Assembly (NCBI GenBank): GCA_026413685.1
Contig: JAOAKK010000002.1
Coordinates: forward strand, 1 to 41,563
Source: Candidatus Micrarchaeota archaeon
GTDB lineage: Archaea; Micrarchaeota; Micrarchaeia; CAILAH01
DNA length: 41,563 nucleotides
Direction of reading: 5' to 3'
Below, piece after piece: positions 34,287 through 41,563 of this stretch (position 1 is its first letter; the number at the start of each line of letters is the position of its first letter). A program made the position numbers and the translations under genes. The notes under the pieces were generated by a model. It did no database searches. It was not told where the DNA came from and was given only the letters and a program-made list of their open reading frames with translations.

Positions 34287-35309
34287 CTATATGTGGAGCA
34301 CAACAGCAGCAAGAGCGAGCAGGCCCGCGGCAATCTGTATTGCATAAAGCATAAGCACGAGCTGCACTTCAGTCGGCCTGAACATCTTCATCAGTAGGTG
34401 CGTGAGTGATCTTGTAGGGCCGCTGTATGTAAGCCTGCCATTTGATGGTGTCCCGTAATTCTCCGCCTGGAACTTTGACAGCGCTTTCAGGAAAAACTCA
34501 GTAATCTGCGGCAGGAGAAGGATTGCCCCGGCTTTCTCAATGTTCCCTATTATGGCAATTGCGGCAATGCTGGCGCCTATCAGATAAGTTGTGATATTGC
34601 CCGGGAATATTTTTGCAGGGTACCAATTGAATATGAGGAATGCAAGCAGTGCGCCAAGCAGTGCAGTTGCAAGGAACAGCGCAGTCAGCTGTGTTGCACT
34701 GTTGCCATCCATCAACAGGATGATTATGAGGAACGCGCATATGATTGCGCCCGTCCCTGCCTCAAGCCCGTTAAACCCAGCAAGCAGGTTGATAAGGTTT
34801 GAGCATGCAATCACGCCTATGGGTATGAGAAGCAGGACATACACATTGAGCCCGACCGGCCCAAGAAATGGGAGGGCTACCGTCCCGAGCGACAGGTTGA
34901 CAGTGCCCAGGAAAGGAAGCGACATTGTATACGTGCCAACCTTGACGAGCATGAGAGGCAGTGCAGCGAACAATGGCAGTATAACCCTGTACACGTCTGG
35001 GATATCGAGCAGGTCATCTGCAAGGCCAAGGAACGCTATGAGTGATATTGAGAGTGCAGCGGCGAGCAGCGCATCGGGCGCGATACTGCCCTGTGTAAGC
35101 TGCAGTGGCAGCAGGAACGCAACTATGAAGCCGAGAAAGATGGCGATACCGCCTATTTTTGCAACCTTGGGGTTGCCTTCCTTGTTCATATCACCCGAGA
35201 CGAACCCTTTGCTCTGGAGCTTCCGTATAAGTGGCGGCAGTGCTATGAGTGTAAGCGTGAACGCAACTGCCCATACAATCCCAAGCGCGTATGCAGGAGC
35301 GATGTTCAT
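34287..35309 (-). CDS. aglH: UDP-HexNAc:dolichyl/polyprenyl-phosphate HexNAc-1-phosphate transferase (GT4, MraY/WecA/AglH family)
   Basis: DMNKEGNPKVAKIGG, NLINLLAGFNGLEAG, and a polytopic topology. I chose the start at 35309 (MNIAPAY), which has ATAAATATT about 25 nt upstream. Confidence 0.8.
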   Translation of the reverse strand: MNIAPAYALGIVWAVAFTLTLIALPPLIRKLQSKGFVSGDMNKEGNPKVAKIGGIAIFLGFIVAFLLPLQLTQGSIAPDALLAAALSISLIAFLGLADDLLDIPDVYRVILPLFAALPLMLVKVGTYTMSLPFLGTVNLSLGTVALPFLGPVGLNVYVLLLIPIGVIACSNLINLLAGFNGLEAGTGAIICAFLIIILLMDGNSATQLTALFLATALLGALLAFLIFNWYPAKIFPGNITTYLIGASIAAIAIIGNIEKAGAILLLPQITEFFLKALSKFQAENYGTPSNGRLTYSGPTRSLTHLLMKMFRPTEVQLVLMLYAIQIAAGLLALAAVVLHI

Positions 35310-35339
35310 ATGTTTTAATCTTTTGGTGGGAATATTTAT

Positions 35340-35996
35340 ATGATGAAGGTTGAAATGCACATGCACACGCACAACTCTTCAGATGGCCTGATTACGCTGA
35401 AGGAGGCGAAGAACGCCATTAAATCAGGCAAGGTTGATGTTATTGCGATAACCGACCATGACACAATAGTTGGGTGGCGTGAGTTTAAGGGCAAGGAGTT
35501 CATCAAGGGCATTGAGAAGACGGTCGAGGAGGACGATGGGAACAAGTTCCATCTCCTGATTTATTTTCTTGAAAGTGCAATCAAGCACAATGGGTTTTAT
35601 GAAGTGATTGATGACGTGCGCGAGCAGGATGCGTTTGTTGCGATCGCACACCCTTACGACTCGCTCAGGAAAGCCCCACACCCCGAAAATCTCGAAGAGT
35701 ACGGGAGATATGTTGATGGGATTGAATGCATTAATGCGAGGATGTGCATCCCACGCGGCAACAAGAAAGCCGTTGATTTTGCAGCCAGGCACAAGCTTGT
35801 GAAGATTGCAGGCTCGGATGCGCATCATTGGAGTGAGATTGGTGCTGCTTATGTCGAGGCCAAAGCTGATAATGTTGAGGAGTTCAGGAAAATGCTTCGC
35901 CTGGGCAGGGTTGAGATGCGCGGCGGGCTTTCACCCATCTATGTGCACACGTTTTCTACATTGAGGAAGCATAAGCTGCTTGCACCGAAACAATAG
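35340..35996 (+). CDS. PHP-domain metal-dependent phosphoesterase
   Basis: VEMHMHTHNSSDG, VIAITDHDT, AIAHP, GSDAHH. This is the PHP His/Asp motif series. Confidence 0.75.
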   Translation: MMKVEMHMHTHNSSDGLITLKEAKNAIKSGKVDVIAITDHDTIVGWREFKGKEFIKGIEKTVEEDDGNKFHLLIYFLESAIKHNGFYEVIDDVREQDAFVAIAHPYDSLRKAPHPENLEEYGRYVDGIECINARMCIPRGNKKAVDFAARHKLVKIAGSDAHHWSEIGAAYVEAKADNVEEFRKMLRLGRVEMRGGLSPIYVHTFSTLRKHKLLAPKQ

Positions 35997-36062
35997 TTCA
36001 ATACACACTGGCAATCTTCAGCTGCACAGCTGCACAAAAAAAGCAGCAACTTGATGTATTGA

Positions 36063-36197
36063 TGGAGGGGAAGGGATTTGAACCCTCGAACCCGCTAGGG
36101 GACCAAGCGTCTCACACGTTTTCTTTTGGTACAGCTTTTCTTCCCAAAAGAAAAGATGTCCTGAACCTGGCGCGTTTGACCACTCCGCCACCCCTCC
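36063..36197 (-). tRNA. tRNA-Leu (CAG) with a 51-nt intron at 37/38 (36109-36159)
   Basis: Read on the minus strand. Acceptor GGAGGGG/CCCCTCC, discriminator A. D arm GCG-GAGTGGTCAAA-CGC. Anticodon stem CCAGG/CTTGG with loop TT-CAG-G. Variable arm TCCCCTAGCGGGTTC. T arm GAGGG-TTCAAAT-CCCTT. In the BHB, TTCA pairs with TGAG, flanked by the bulges GGA and ACG. Confidence 0.88.
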
Positions 36198-36318
36198 GTA
36201 AGGGCGCATCCGCCCCTTACAACCCCGGTAGTTTTGCCCTGCAACCATCAATGATAAGGTGCTCTTTGTATGACATCTTATCTTATCAGCTGCAGATGCA
36301 AAAATGGCGGGTTATTAG

Positions 36319-36460
36319 CGGGCCCAGAGGGATTTGAACCCTCGACCATCAGATTTCCCAAGCACAACAGCACATTGATAGGTGGTTGGGTCTTATGGGA
36401 GAGGGGTGCACCCTTGCCCATATAAGAGTCTGCCGCTCTACCAAGCTGAGCTATGGGCCC
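36319..36460 (-). tRNA. tRNA-Lys (CUU) with a 68-nt intron at 37/38 (36355-36422)
   Basis: Read on the minus strand. Acceptor GGGCCCA/TGGGCCC, discriminator G. D arm GCTC-AGCTTGGTA-GAGC. Anticodon stem GCAGA/TCTGA with a G27-A43 mismatch, loop CT-CTT-A. T arm GAGGG-TTCAAAT-CCCTC. Confidence 0.85.
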
Positions 36461-36503
36461 ACGAATGTATGTTTTAAAAAGAAATATTTTTTTAAATGTG
36501 CTT

Positions 36504-37040
36504 ATGTATGAAGTTGAATGCAAGGTATTGGGGATAGACAGGAAAGAAACGGTGCGCAGGCTGCACAAGCTCGGTGCAGTAAAGGCAAGCTCACAAAAGC
36601 TCACATCAATCATTTTTGACACGCCCGGGCGCGATTTCAAGAAGTGCGGGTGGCTGCTCAGGCTCAGGACTGACGGCAAGGCAGCAACATTGACGATGAA
36701 GACATCAGTAAGGAAAGGCAGGCACATAAAAACAGCAGAGGAGAATGAGATTACGGTTGCTGATTTCAAGTGTGCAAAGCGCGTGCTTGAGGATATGGGG
36801 TTTGAGGCGGTTGGCAGTTTCGTGATGCAAAGGGTAACGTATACGCTTGGCAATGCCAAGGTTGAGATTTGCAGGTATCTGGGCAAATACTCATTCATAC
36901 CTGATTTTATCGAGATTGAGGGGCCATCAGTGGTGGCTGTGCAGAGCGCTGCAAAACGCCTTGGGTATGCATCAAGCTCCCTCAAGCCGTGGAGCGTGCA
37001 CGACCTTATATCATATTACACAAAAAGGCAAAAATCATAA
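36504..37040 (+). CDS. CYTH-domain protein (triphosphate tunnel metalloenzyme / class IV adenylate cyclase-like)
   Basis: Starts MYEVECKVLGI (ExExK motif), then LRLRTDGKAATLTMK and IEIEG. The ORF-track start at 36453 overlaps tRNA-Lys. The ATG at 36504 follows an A/T-rich box. Confidence 0.75.
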   Translation: MYEVECKVLGIDRKETVRRLHKLGAVKASSQKLTSIIFDTPGRDFKKCGWLLRLRTDGKAATLTMKTSVRKGRHIKTAEENEITVADFKCAKRVLEDMGFEAVGSFVMQRVTYTLGNAKVEICRYLGKYSFIPDFIEIEGPSVVAVQSAAKRLGYASSSLKPWSVHDLISYYTKRQKS

Positions 37041-37577
37041 TATCGCAGCAGCCGCCAGGTACCCAAGGTATGCAAATACGCCAACCTTTATGATTTTCCC
37101 CAGTGCGCACGCAGCAAGGTATTTCCAGTAAGGGTACTTGATAGCTCCTGCAGCGATCCCAGCAACATCAAACAGCGGGTTTGGGATGAGTGCAAGCGTG
37201 AAGATGAGGAGGAATGCACGGTCCTTTTCCATAAGCCTGCTTTTTATTTTCTCATACTCCTTTATTTTCTTGCCGTCGACCACATCAATCCCGCCATAGC
37301 CTATAAAATAGCCGGTAAGCTCGCCGATTGCGCTGCCAAGCCCGCCAGCAATCCCGATTAGGATGGGGTTTGCGAACGCGCCTGCGATGGTTGCAAGTGC
37401 AAGCCCGGGCACTGGCAGTATCACAGTTGCACTTGTGAGCAGCATTACGATGAACACGCCCACATACCCAAGCGCCCCCCATTCATAACCAGATATTGCA
37501 TCATAATTGAGAAGTATGAGCACGGGTATTGCCAGTGCAAGTGCTAAAATGAGAGCACCCTTTGCCTTGTTATCCAT
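37035..37577 (-). CDS. DedA/YqaA-like (VTT domain) membrane protein
   Basis: LLTSATVILPVPGLALATIAGAF and a Gly-rich TM segment GGLGSAIGELTGYFIGYGG. The start at 37577 (MDNKAKG) has an AGAGGT Shine-Dalgarno 7 nt upstream. Confidence 0.5.
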   Translation of the reverse strand: MDNKAKGALILALALAIPVLILLNYDAISGYEWGALGYVGVFIVMLLTSATVILPVPGLALATIAGAFANPILIGIAGGLGSAIGELTGYFIGYGGIDVVDGKKIKEYEKIKSRLMEKDRAFLLIFTLALIPNPLFDVAGIAAGAIKYPYWKYLAACALGKIIKVGVFAYLGYLAAAAIL

Positions 37578-37581
37578 GATA

Positions 37582-38682
37582 CTACCTCTTGCCCATGTAA
37601 TATACAATGGAATTTAATATAATGCTGCCCATAAGCGTTGTCCTCCTTGCACGTATGAGCAGTGCTATCACCCCAATCGCTGTAGCTGCACCCAGCACAA
37701 TAATACCGATGCTTCCAGTTGTGAGGAACACGAGCAATGCAAGATAAGCTGCAAGCAGGAGCTTCATCAGCGTATGTGTAAATGGTGAGAATAGGCTGAT
37801 TGCAGCCCTGAGGTTGTGCAGGATTGCCAGTGCTGTGATGCCGAACGCAGCTGCACCGAGCAGTGCAAGCATCAAGTCACCAAAAATGAACGTATGGTAC
37901 ATATTCTGTGCAACTATTGCAGTGCCCACACGCGCTTTGCCTATTATGTCAACCATCATGATAGAGAATATGAGTGTTGATGCGTTGATTGCACCAAGCG
38001 CAGTGACAAACTCATCATCACGTATTTTTGTAAAAAGCCCTGCGATGAGGATTATTATTGTTGGTGTTGCAATCCCCGGTATAAGGTATGCAAGCGCCGT
38101 GAGCACGACTGCGATGAGCACGACATAAATGTTTATTTTTGCCCGTGGGCTTTTCTCAATCTGTAGCGTACGCGTCTTGAGCATCAGCATGGGAAGCGTG
38201 AAAAACCCCACAAACATCGGGAATATGAGGTTTTGCTGGGTGCTTGCACCAAGTGCAAAAATCCCAAGTGCCCCTGCAATCAGGAACGCAAAGATGTTTG
38301 CAGCGCTGAAGCTGCTGAGCAGCACTACTGATGTGACGGCTGCCAGTGCCAAGAACATGTTTTCCTGGACTATGGGGAACAAGAGAGGCATGGCCGCTAT
38401 TAGGATTGGGAGTATCGGTATGCATATCCCCACCGCAATTATGCCGCCCATAAGGTATGAGTATACACCCTTGCCAACCTCGCCTTTTGCAGAAAGCTGC
38501 TGTGATGCGGTAGGCGCAATCCCAGTTGCACCGTCAGGTATGTTGATTGCGATGGAGTATATGGAGTCAAGCGCAACAGAAATACCATATAATATGTATA
38601 AGAGTGCTGCACCGCCAAACCCGCCAGCCCCAACGTAGTAAAGCAGCTCAGCAACAGTGTTAATGTGAATCCCGGGTATCAT
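37582..38682 (-). CDS. Polytopic membrane protein, TctA/DUF112-like
   Basis: It begins MIPGIHINTVA, resembling the GxxPGIHxN segment of archaeal DUF112/TctA-like proteins, and has about 10 TM helices. This family assignment is from memory only. Confidence 0.4.
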   Translation of the reverse strand: MIPGIHINTVAELLYYVGAGGFGGAALLYILYGISVALDSIYSIAINIPDGATGIAPTASQQLSAKGEVGKGVYSYLMGGIIAVGICIPILPILIAAMPLLFPIVQENMFLALAAVTSVVLLSSFSAANIFAFLIAGALGIFALGASTQQNLIFPMFVGFFTLPMLMLKTRTLQIEKSPRAKINIYVVLIAVVLTALAYLIPGIATPTIIILIAGLFTKIRDDEFVTALGAINASTLIFSIMMVDIIGKARVGTAIVAQNMYHTFIFGDLMLALLGAAAFGITALAILHNLRAAISLFSPFTHTLMKLLLAAYLALLVFLTTGSIGIIVLGAATAIGVIALLIRARRTTLMGSIILNSIVYYMGKR

Positions 38683-38771
38683 CAAAACACATCTGTATGC
38701 TTTGTGCTGTGCTTTGGCATGGCCAAGCCGTGTGGTGCAGGGTTACTGCACAGCCGGTGCGCCGCAATGCC

Positions 38772-41138
38772 TTACTCAACAAGCCCGAGGCTTTCCGAAC
38801 CGGCAAACTCAACATCACTGATTTTTCCAATGCTCGCGACTTCACTTCGTATCTGTGCAGCATATTTTAGTTTTTCGTGCGGCAGCCCTATCTTTAGCTT
38901 TGGTATCTCATCCTTCAGCGACATCTTGCGCGTGCTCTTGTATTTTCTTATCTCACCTATTACAAGCTCGAGCACATCACCTGCATTCTCACTTTCAATG
39001 TCGATGCGTGCCGGCTCACTCTTAGGCCACGCGCATAAGTGTATGCTCTTGCACCCTTCGCGTTTCGCAAATAGGTGCGAGTAAATCTCCTCAGTTGTGA
39101 ACGCCATAACAGGTGCAAGCAGCTTAAGCGACTCGCCCAGCACTTTTAGCAGTGTTTCCTGTGCGGCACGCTTGCTCTTCGCATCCGCACCATAAATCCT
39201 ATGCTTGACAAACTCAAGGTAATTATCACAGAAATCGTGCCAGAAGAAGTTTTGCACCGTGTTTGTTGCATTAAAGTAATCATACTCCTCATACGCTTTT
39301 GATGCGTTTTCCTTTATGCGCTCAAACTTGCTCAATATCCACTTATCAGTTATGCAGTATTCCGCCTCACCTTCAGTGTAATCCTTGCACGCCACCTCAA
39401 CAAACCGTGCAGCGTTCCATACCTTATTGATAAATGACTGTGCAAACTTCATATCCTGGTAATTGAAAGGCCTGTCGTGTGTTGAGGACCCGCTCATTGC
39501 AACCCACAGCCGCACAGCATCCGCGGAATATTTATCTATGAGCTCAAGCGGGTCAACGATATTGCCAAGCGACTTGCTCATTTTCTTGTTGTCTGGCCCG
39601 AGCACGTTGCCGTTAAGGAGCAGCTCCTTGAACGGCGCTTTTCCCGTGAGCATCAGGCACCTGTAAATTGTGTAGAATGCCCACGAGCGTATGATCTCAA
39701 TCCCCTGCGGCCTGAGTGTTGACGGGTAATATTTCTCCCATCCAGGGTTAGGCCACCCTGCAATTATGAGCGGTGTTATTGACGAGTCAACCCAGCAATC
39801 GCACGTGCTTTGCTCTGCAACCATCTCGTTCCCACACGTGCATTTTACGCCTTTCTTTGCAGTCTCCGGCTTGAAGGGGAGCTCGCTCTCATCTGCGGCT
39901 TTTGTTGCACCGCATTTCTTGCACACATAGAACGGCAGCGGTGTGCCGAAATGCCTCTGCCTTGAAATCACCCAGTCCCACTCAACAAAATTGGTCCAGT
40001 CAATCAGATACTGGAGCGTAAACTCCGGAATCCACCTCATCTCTTTTGCCGCCTTGATGATATCCCGCTGGAACCCATCAACCTTACAAAACCACTGGTC
40101 TGAGTTCTTCAGCTCGATTGGCTTCTTGCACCTGTCGTGGGCTTTGATTACCTGCCTGAGCGGCTCAACCTTCACGACTTTGCCTTCAGCCTGCAGTTTC
40201 TCAAGGATTTTCTCGCGCGCTTCCTTAAGCTTGAGGCCGTCAAACTCACCTGCGTTTATGAGCCTGCCCGTGTCATCTATCGCATCGATTATTGGGAGGT
40301 TATGCCTGTATGCCCACACAACATCCTGCTTGTCACCAAAAGTGCAGACCATTACAGCGCCGGTCCCAAACTCCTTATCCACATCAACATCAGTGAGTAT
40401 TTTTACTTTCCTGCCGAGCGGTGTCTCAATCTGCCTGCCAACAATGGCAGCATACCTCTCATCATCAGGATGGACAAACACCGCAACGCACGCGTGCAGG
40501 TATTCAGGGCGTGTTGTAGCAATCAGGATATCCGCCCCATCCTCAAGCTTAAACTTGAGGTAGTTCAGCTTGGTCTCCCTCTCAACATCTTCAGTCTCAG
40601 ATTTTGCAATCGCACTCCTGCAATCCGTGCACCAGAATACTGGGTGCGACCCTTTGTAAACGAGGTTCTGCCCATACATCTTGAGCAATGATAACTGCAC
40701 CTTCTTGTGGTATTCAGGTGTCATGGTTATATACTCCCGTTTCCAATCCGCAGAGAACCCCATGCGTTTCATCTGGTTGCGCATTACATCAATGTATTCG
40801 TATGTCCACTCAACACATCGCTTGACGAACTCTTCGCGTGGGAGCCCTTTCCCATACTTGGCCTCAACCTTGACCTCTGTTGGGAACCCTTGCGTATCCC
40901 ACCCCTGTGGGTAGAGCACGTTAAACCCGCACATCCTCTTGAACCTTGCCGCAAAATCAAACAGCGAGTATGAAAGCACATGGCCCATATGCAATTTGCC
41001 TGAAGTGAACGGTGGCGGGGTATCTATTATATAAATAGGCTTGCCCACTATCTCCTTATACTCATAAATGCCGGTGGAGTACCATATCTCCATCCATTTC
41101 TCTTCTATTTTCTTGTCGTAAGCATCCATCGTTTGCAC
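38772..41138 (-). CDS. valS: Valyl-tRNA synthetase
   Basis: Class Ia motifs: PPPFTSGKLHMGH (HIGH), KMSKSLGN, an editing domain with TTRPEYLHACVAVFVHPDDERY, and a CxxC zinc knuckle. The start is the GTG at 41138 or the ATG at 41129. ValRS versus a short IleRS was judged from the TTRPE motif and the length. Confidence 0.75.
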   Translation of the reverse strand: MQTMDAYDKKIEEKWMEIWYSTGIYEYKEIVGKPIYIIDTPPPFTSGKLHMGHVLSYSLFDFAARFKRMCGFNVLYPQGWDTQGFPTEVKVEAKYGKGLPREEFVKRCVEWTYEYIDVMRNQMKRMGFSADWKREYITMTPEYHKKVQLSLLKMYGQNLVYKGSHPVFWCTDCRSAIAKSETEDVERETKLNYLKFKLEDGADILIATTRPEYLHACVAVFVHPDDERYAAIVGRQIETPLGRKVKILTDVDVDKEFGTGAVMVCTFGDKQDVVWAYRHNLPIIDAIDDTGRLINAGEFDGLKLKEAREKILEKLQAEGKVVKVEPLRQVIKAHDRCKKPIELKNSDQWFCKVDGFQRDIIKAAKEMRWIPEFTLQYLIDWTNFVEWDWVISRQRHFGTPLPFYVCKKCGATKAADESELPFKPETAKKGVKCTCGNEMVAEQSTCDCWVDSSITPLIIAGWPNPGWEKYYPSTLRPQGIEIIRSWAFYTIYRCLMLTGKAPFKELLLNGNVLGPDNKKMSKSLGNIVDPLELIDKYSADAVRLWVAMSGSSTHDRPFNYQDMKFAQSFINKVWNAARFVEVACKDYTEGEAEYCITDKWILSKFERIKENASKAYEEYDYFNATNTVQNFFWHDFCDNYLEFVKHRIYGADAKSKRAAQETLLKVLGESLKLLAPVMAFTTEEIYSHLFAKREGCKSIHLCAWPKSEPARIDIESENAGDVLELVIGEIRKYKSTRKMSLKDEIPKLKIGLPHEKLKYAAQIRSEVASIGKISDVEFAGSESLGLVE

Positions 41139-41197
41139 CCGATATGCGTATATTGGATATGAAAAACATTTTTAACCTAATATGCGTAAATAGGTTT

Positions 41198-41563
41198 ATG
41201 CATTTCAGAGGGCAGGCGAGCACTGAAGCACTCATCGTTATGGGGTTTGCGGTTATCCTTGTGTTCGTGCTTGTATACGCAGTGTTTCCCGTAATGGTTG
41301 ATTTTGCCCAGTTCTCGGAATCTGCACAGGCTGAGCGCTCGCTTTCGAGAATTGCCGGCACTGTGGATGCTGCAAGCGCATACGGCCCTGGGACGAGCAC
41401 AACGCTGTTTGTATACCTGCCGCGCGGCACGCTCAGCTATGAGAACAAGGTGCTTAGCTTCAGGATTGAAAGCAGCAAAACTGAGATAACAAAAAGGACA
41501 GTTGCAAATGTGGAAATCAGGAACAGGGCCGCCAAAGATGCGAACACCCCGATTGATGCCGGG
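41198..41563 (+). CDS. Archaeal type IV pilin-like protein with a class III signal peptide; the 3' end lies outside the window
   Basis: Not in the ORF track because there is no stop before the window edge. My translation is MHFRGQASTEALIVMGFAVILVFVLVYAVFPVMVDFAQ... The RGQ|AS.E.LI motif plus a hydrophobic helix is the prepilin-peptidase (PibD/EppA) substrate pattern. The A/T-rich TTTTTAACCTAATAT lies about 26 nt upstream. Confidence 0.65.
   Translation, partial: MHFRGQASTEALIVMGFAVILVFVLVYAVFPVMVDFAQFSESAQAERSLSRIAGTVDAASAYGPGTSTTLFVYLPRGTLSYENKVLSFRIESSKTEITKRTVANVEIRNRAAKDANTPIDAG

Noticed and set aside
36198-36220. A 7-bp hairpin (GTAAGGG...CCCTTAC) directly abutting the 5' end of tRNA-Leu (CAG). 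I considered it a sign of unusual 5' processing or a leaderless tRNA.
   Set aside because: The promoter position could not be fixed by eye because there is no clear TATA at -26. Hairpins next to tRNA genes are common. The evidence is insufficient to claim anything.
36018-36985. ORFs overlapping tRNA genes (36018-36251, 36059-36337, 36278-36985), plus 28944-29159 and the 5' parts of 29081-30013 and 36453-37040.
   Set aside because: They read through or antisense to tRNA-Leu and tRNA-Lys sequences. The downstream real genes have better starts clear of the tRNAs.
41062-41430. A 122-aa minus-strand ORF at the valS/pilin boundary.
   Set aside because: It overlaps the valS start and is antisense to the much more convincing pilin-like frame.
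1-41563. CRISPR arrays, IS elements, integrases, prophage genes, toxin-antitoxin pairs and rRNA genes.
   Set aside because: I found no direct-repeat arrays, no transposase or integrase-like ORFs, and no rRNA-like conserved stretches on either strand. The window looks like core chromosome.

Overview
This is an archaeal chromosomal segment, densely packed with about 46 protein genes and 4 tRNA genes. The archaeal call rests on the thermosome, the ribosomal proteins L7Ae, S28e, L24e and P0/P1, aMBF1, FEN1, an archaeal-type ProRS, PdaD, and BHB-type tRNA introns. Most content is core information processing. It includes the L1-P0-P1 and L7Ae-S28e-L24e-ndk operons and four aminoacyl-tRNA synthetases (ProRS, AsnRS, AspRS, ValRS). 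It also includes RtcB, archease, ThpR and TrmI, plus FEN1, Rad50, ScpA, ScpB and an RPA-like protein. I saw no rRNA, CRISPR array, transposase, integrase or obvious defence island.

The less ordinary observations are these:
- All four tRNA genes are interrupted at position 37/38 by long introns of 51, 68, 90 and 133 nt. The tRNA-Arg intron is strongly structured and has only a degenerate BHB.
- The RNA-ligation toolkit (RtcB-TrmI operon, archease, 2H phosphoesterase) lies within 12 kb.
- A small lipoprotein carries 14 cysteines arranged as four CX3C pairs.
- A solitary DNA methyltransferase is convergent with an unknown 126-aa ORF.
- rad50 has no mre11 partner in the window.
- The stalk protein P0 lacks the tail motif that P1 has.
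- An ankyrin-repeat gene is appended to a ribosomal-protein operon.
- A pilin-like gene (class III signal peptide) runs off the 3' edge and is absent from the ORF track.

Many genes have an A/T-rich TATA-like box about 20-35 nt upstream of the start codon, which suggests leaderless transcripts. Operon-internal genes instead carry GGAGGT/GAGGT/GGTG Shine-Dalgarno motifs. A reduced-genome archaeon with a broad-specificity splicing endonuclease is a plausible source, but lineage cannot be established from this window.

All function calls come from motif recognition by eye. No database search was run.
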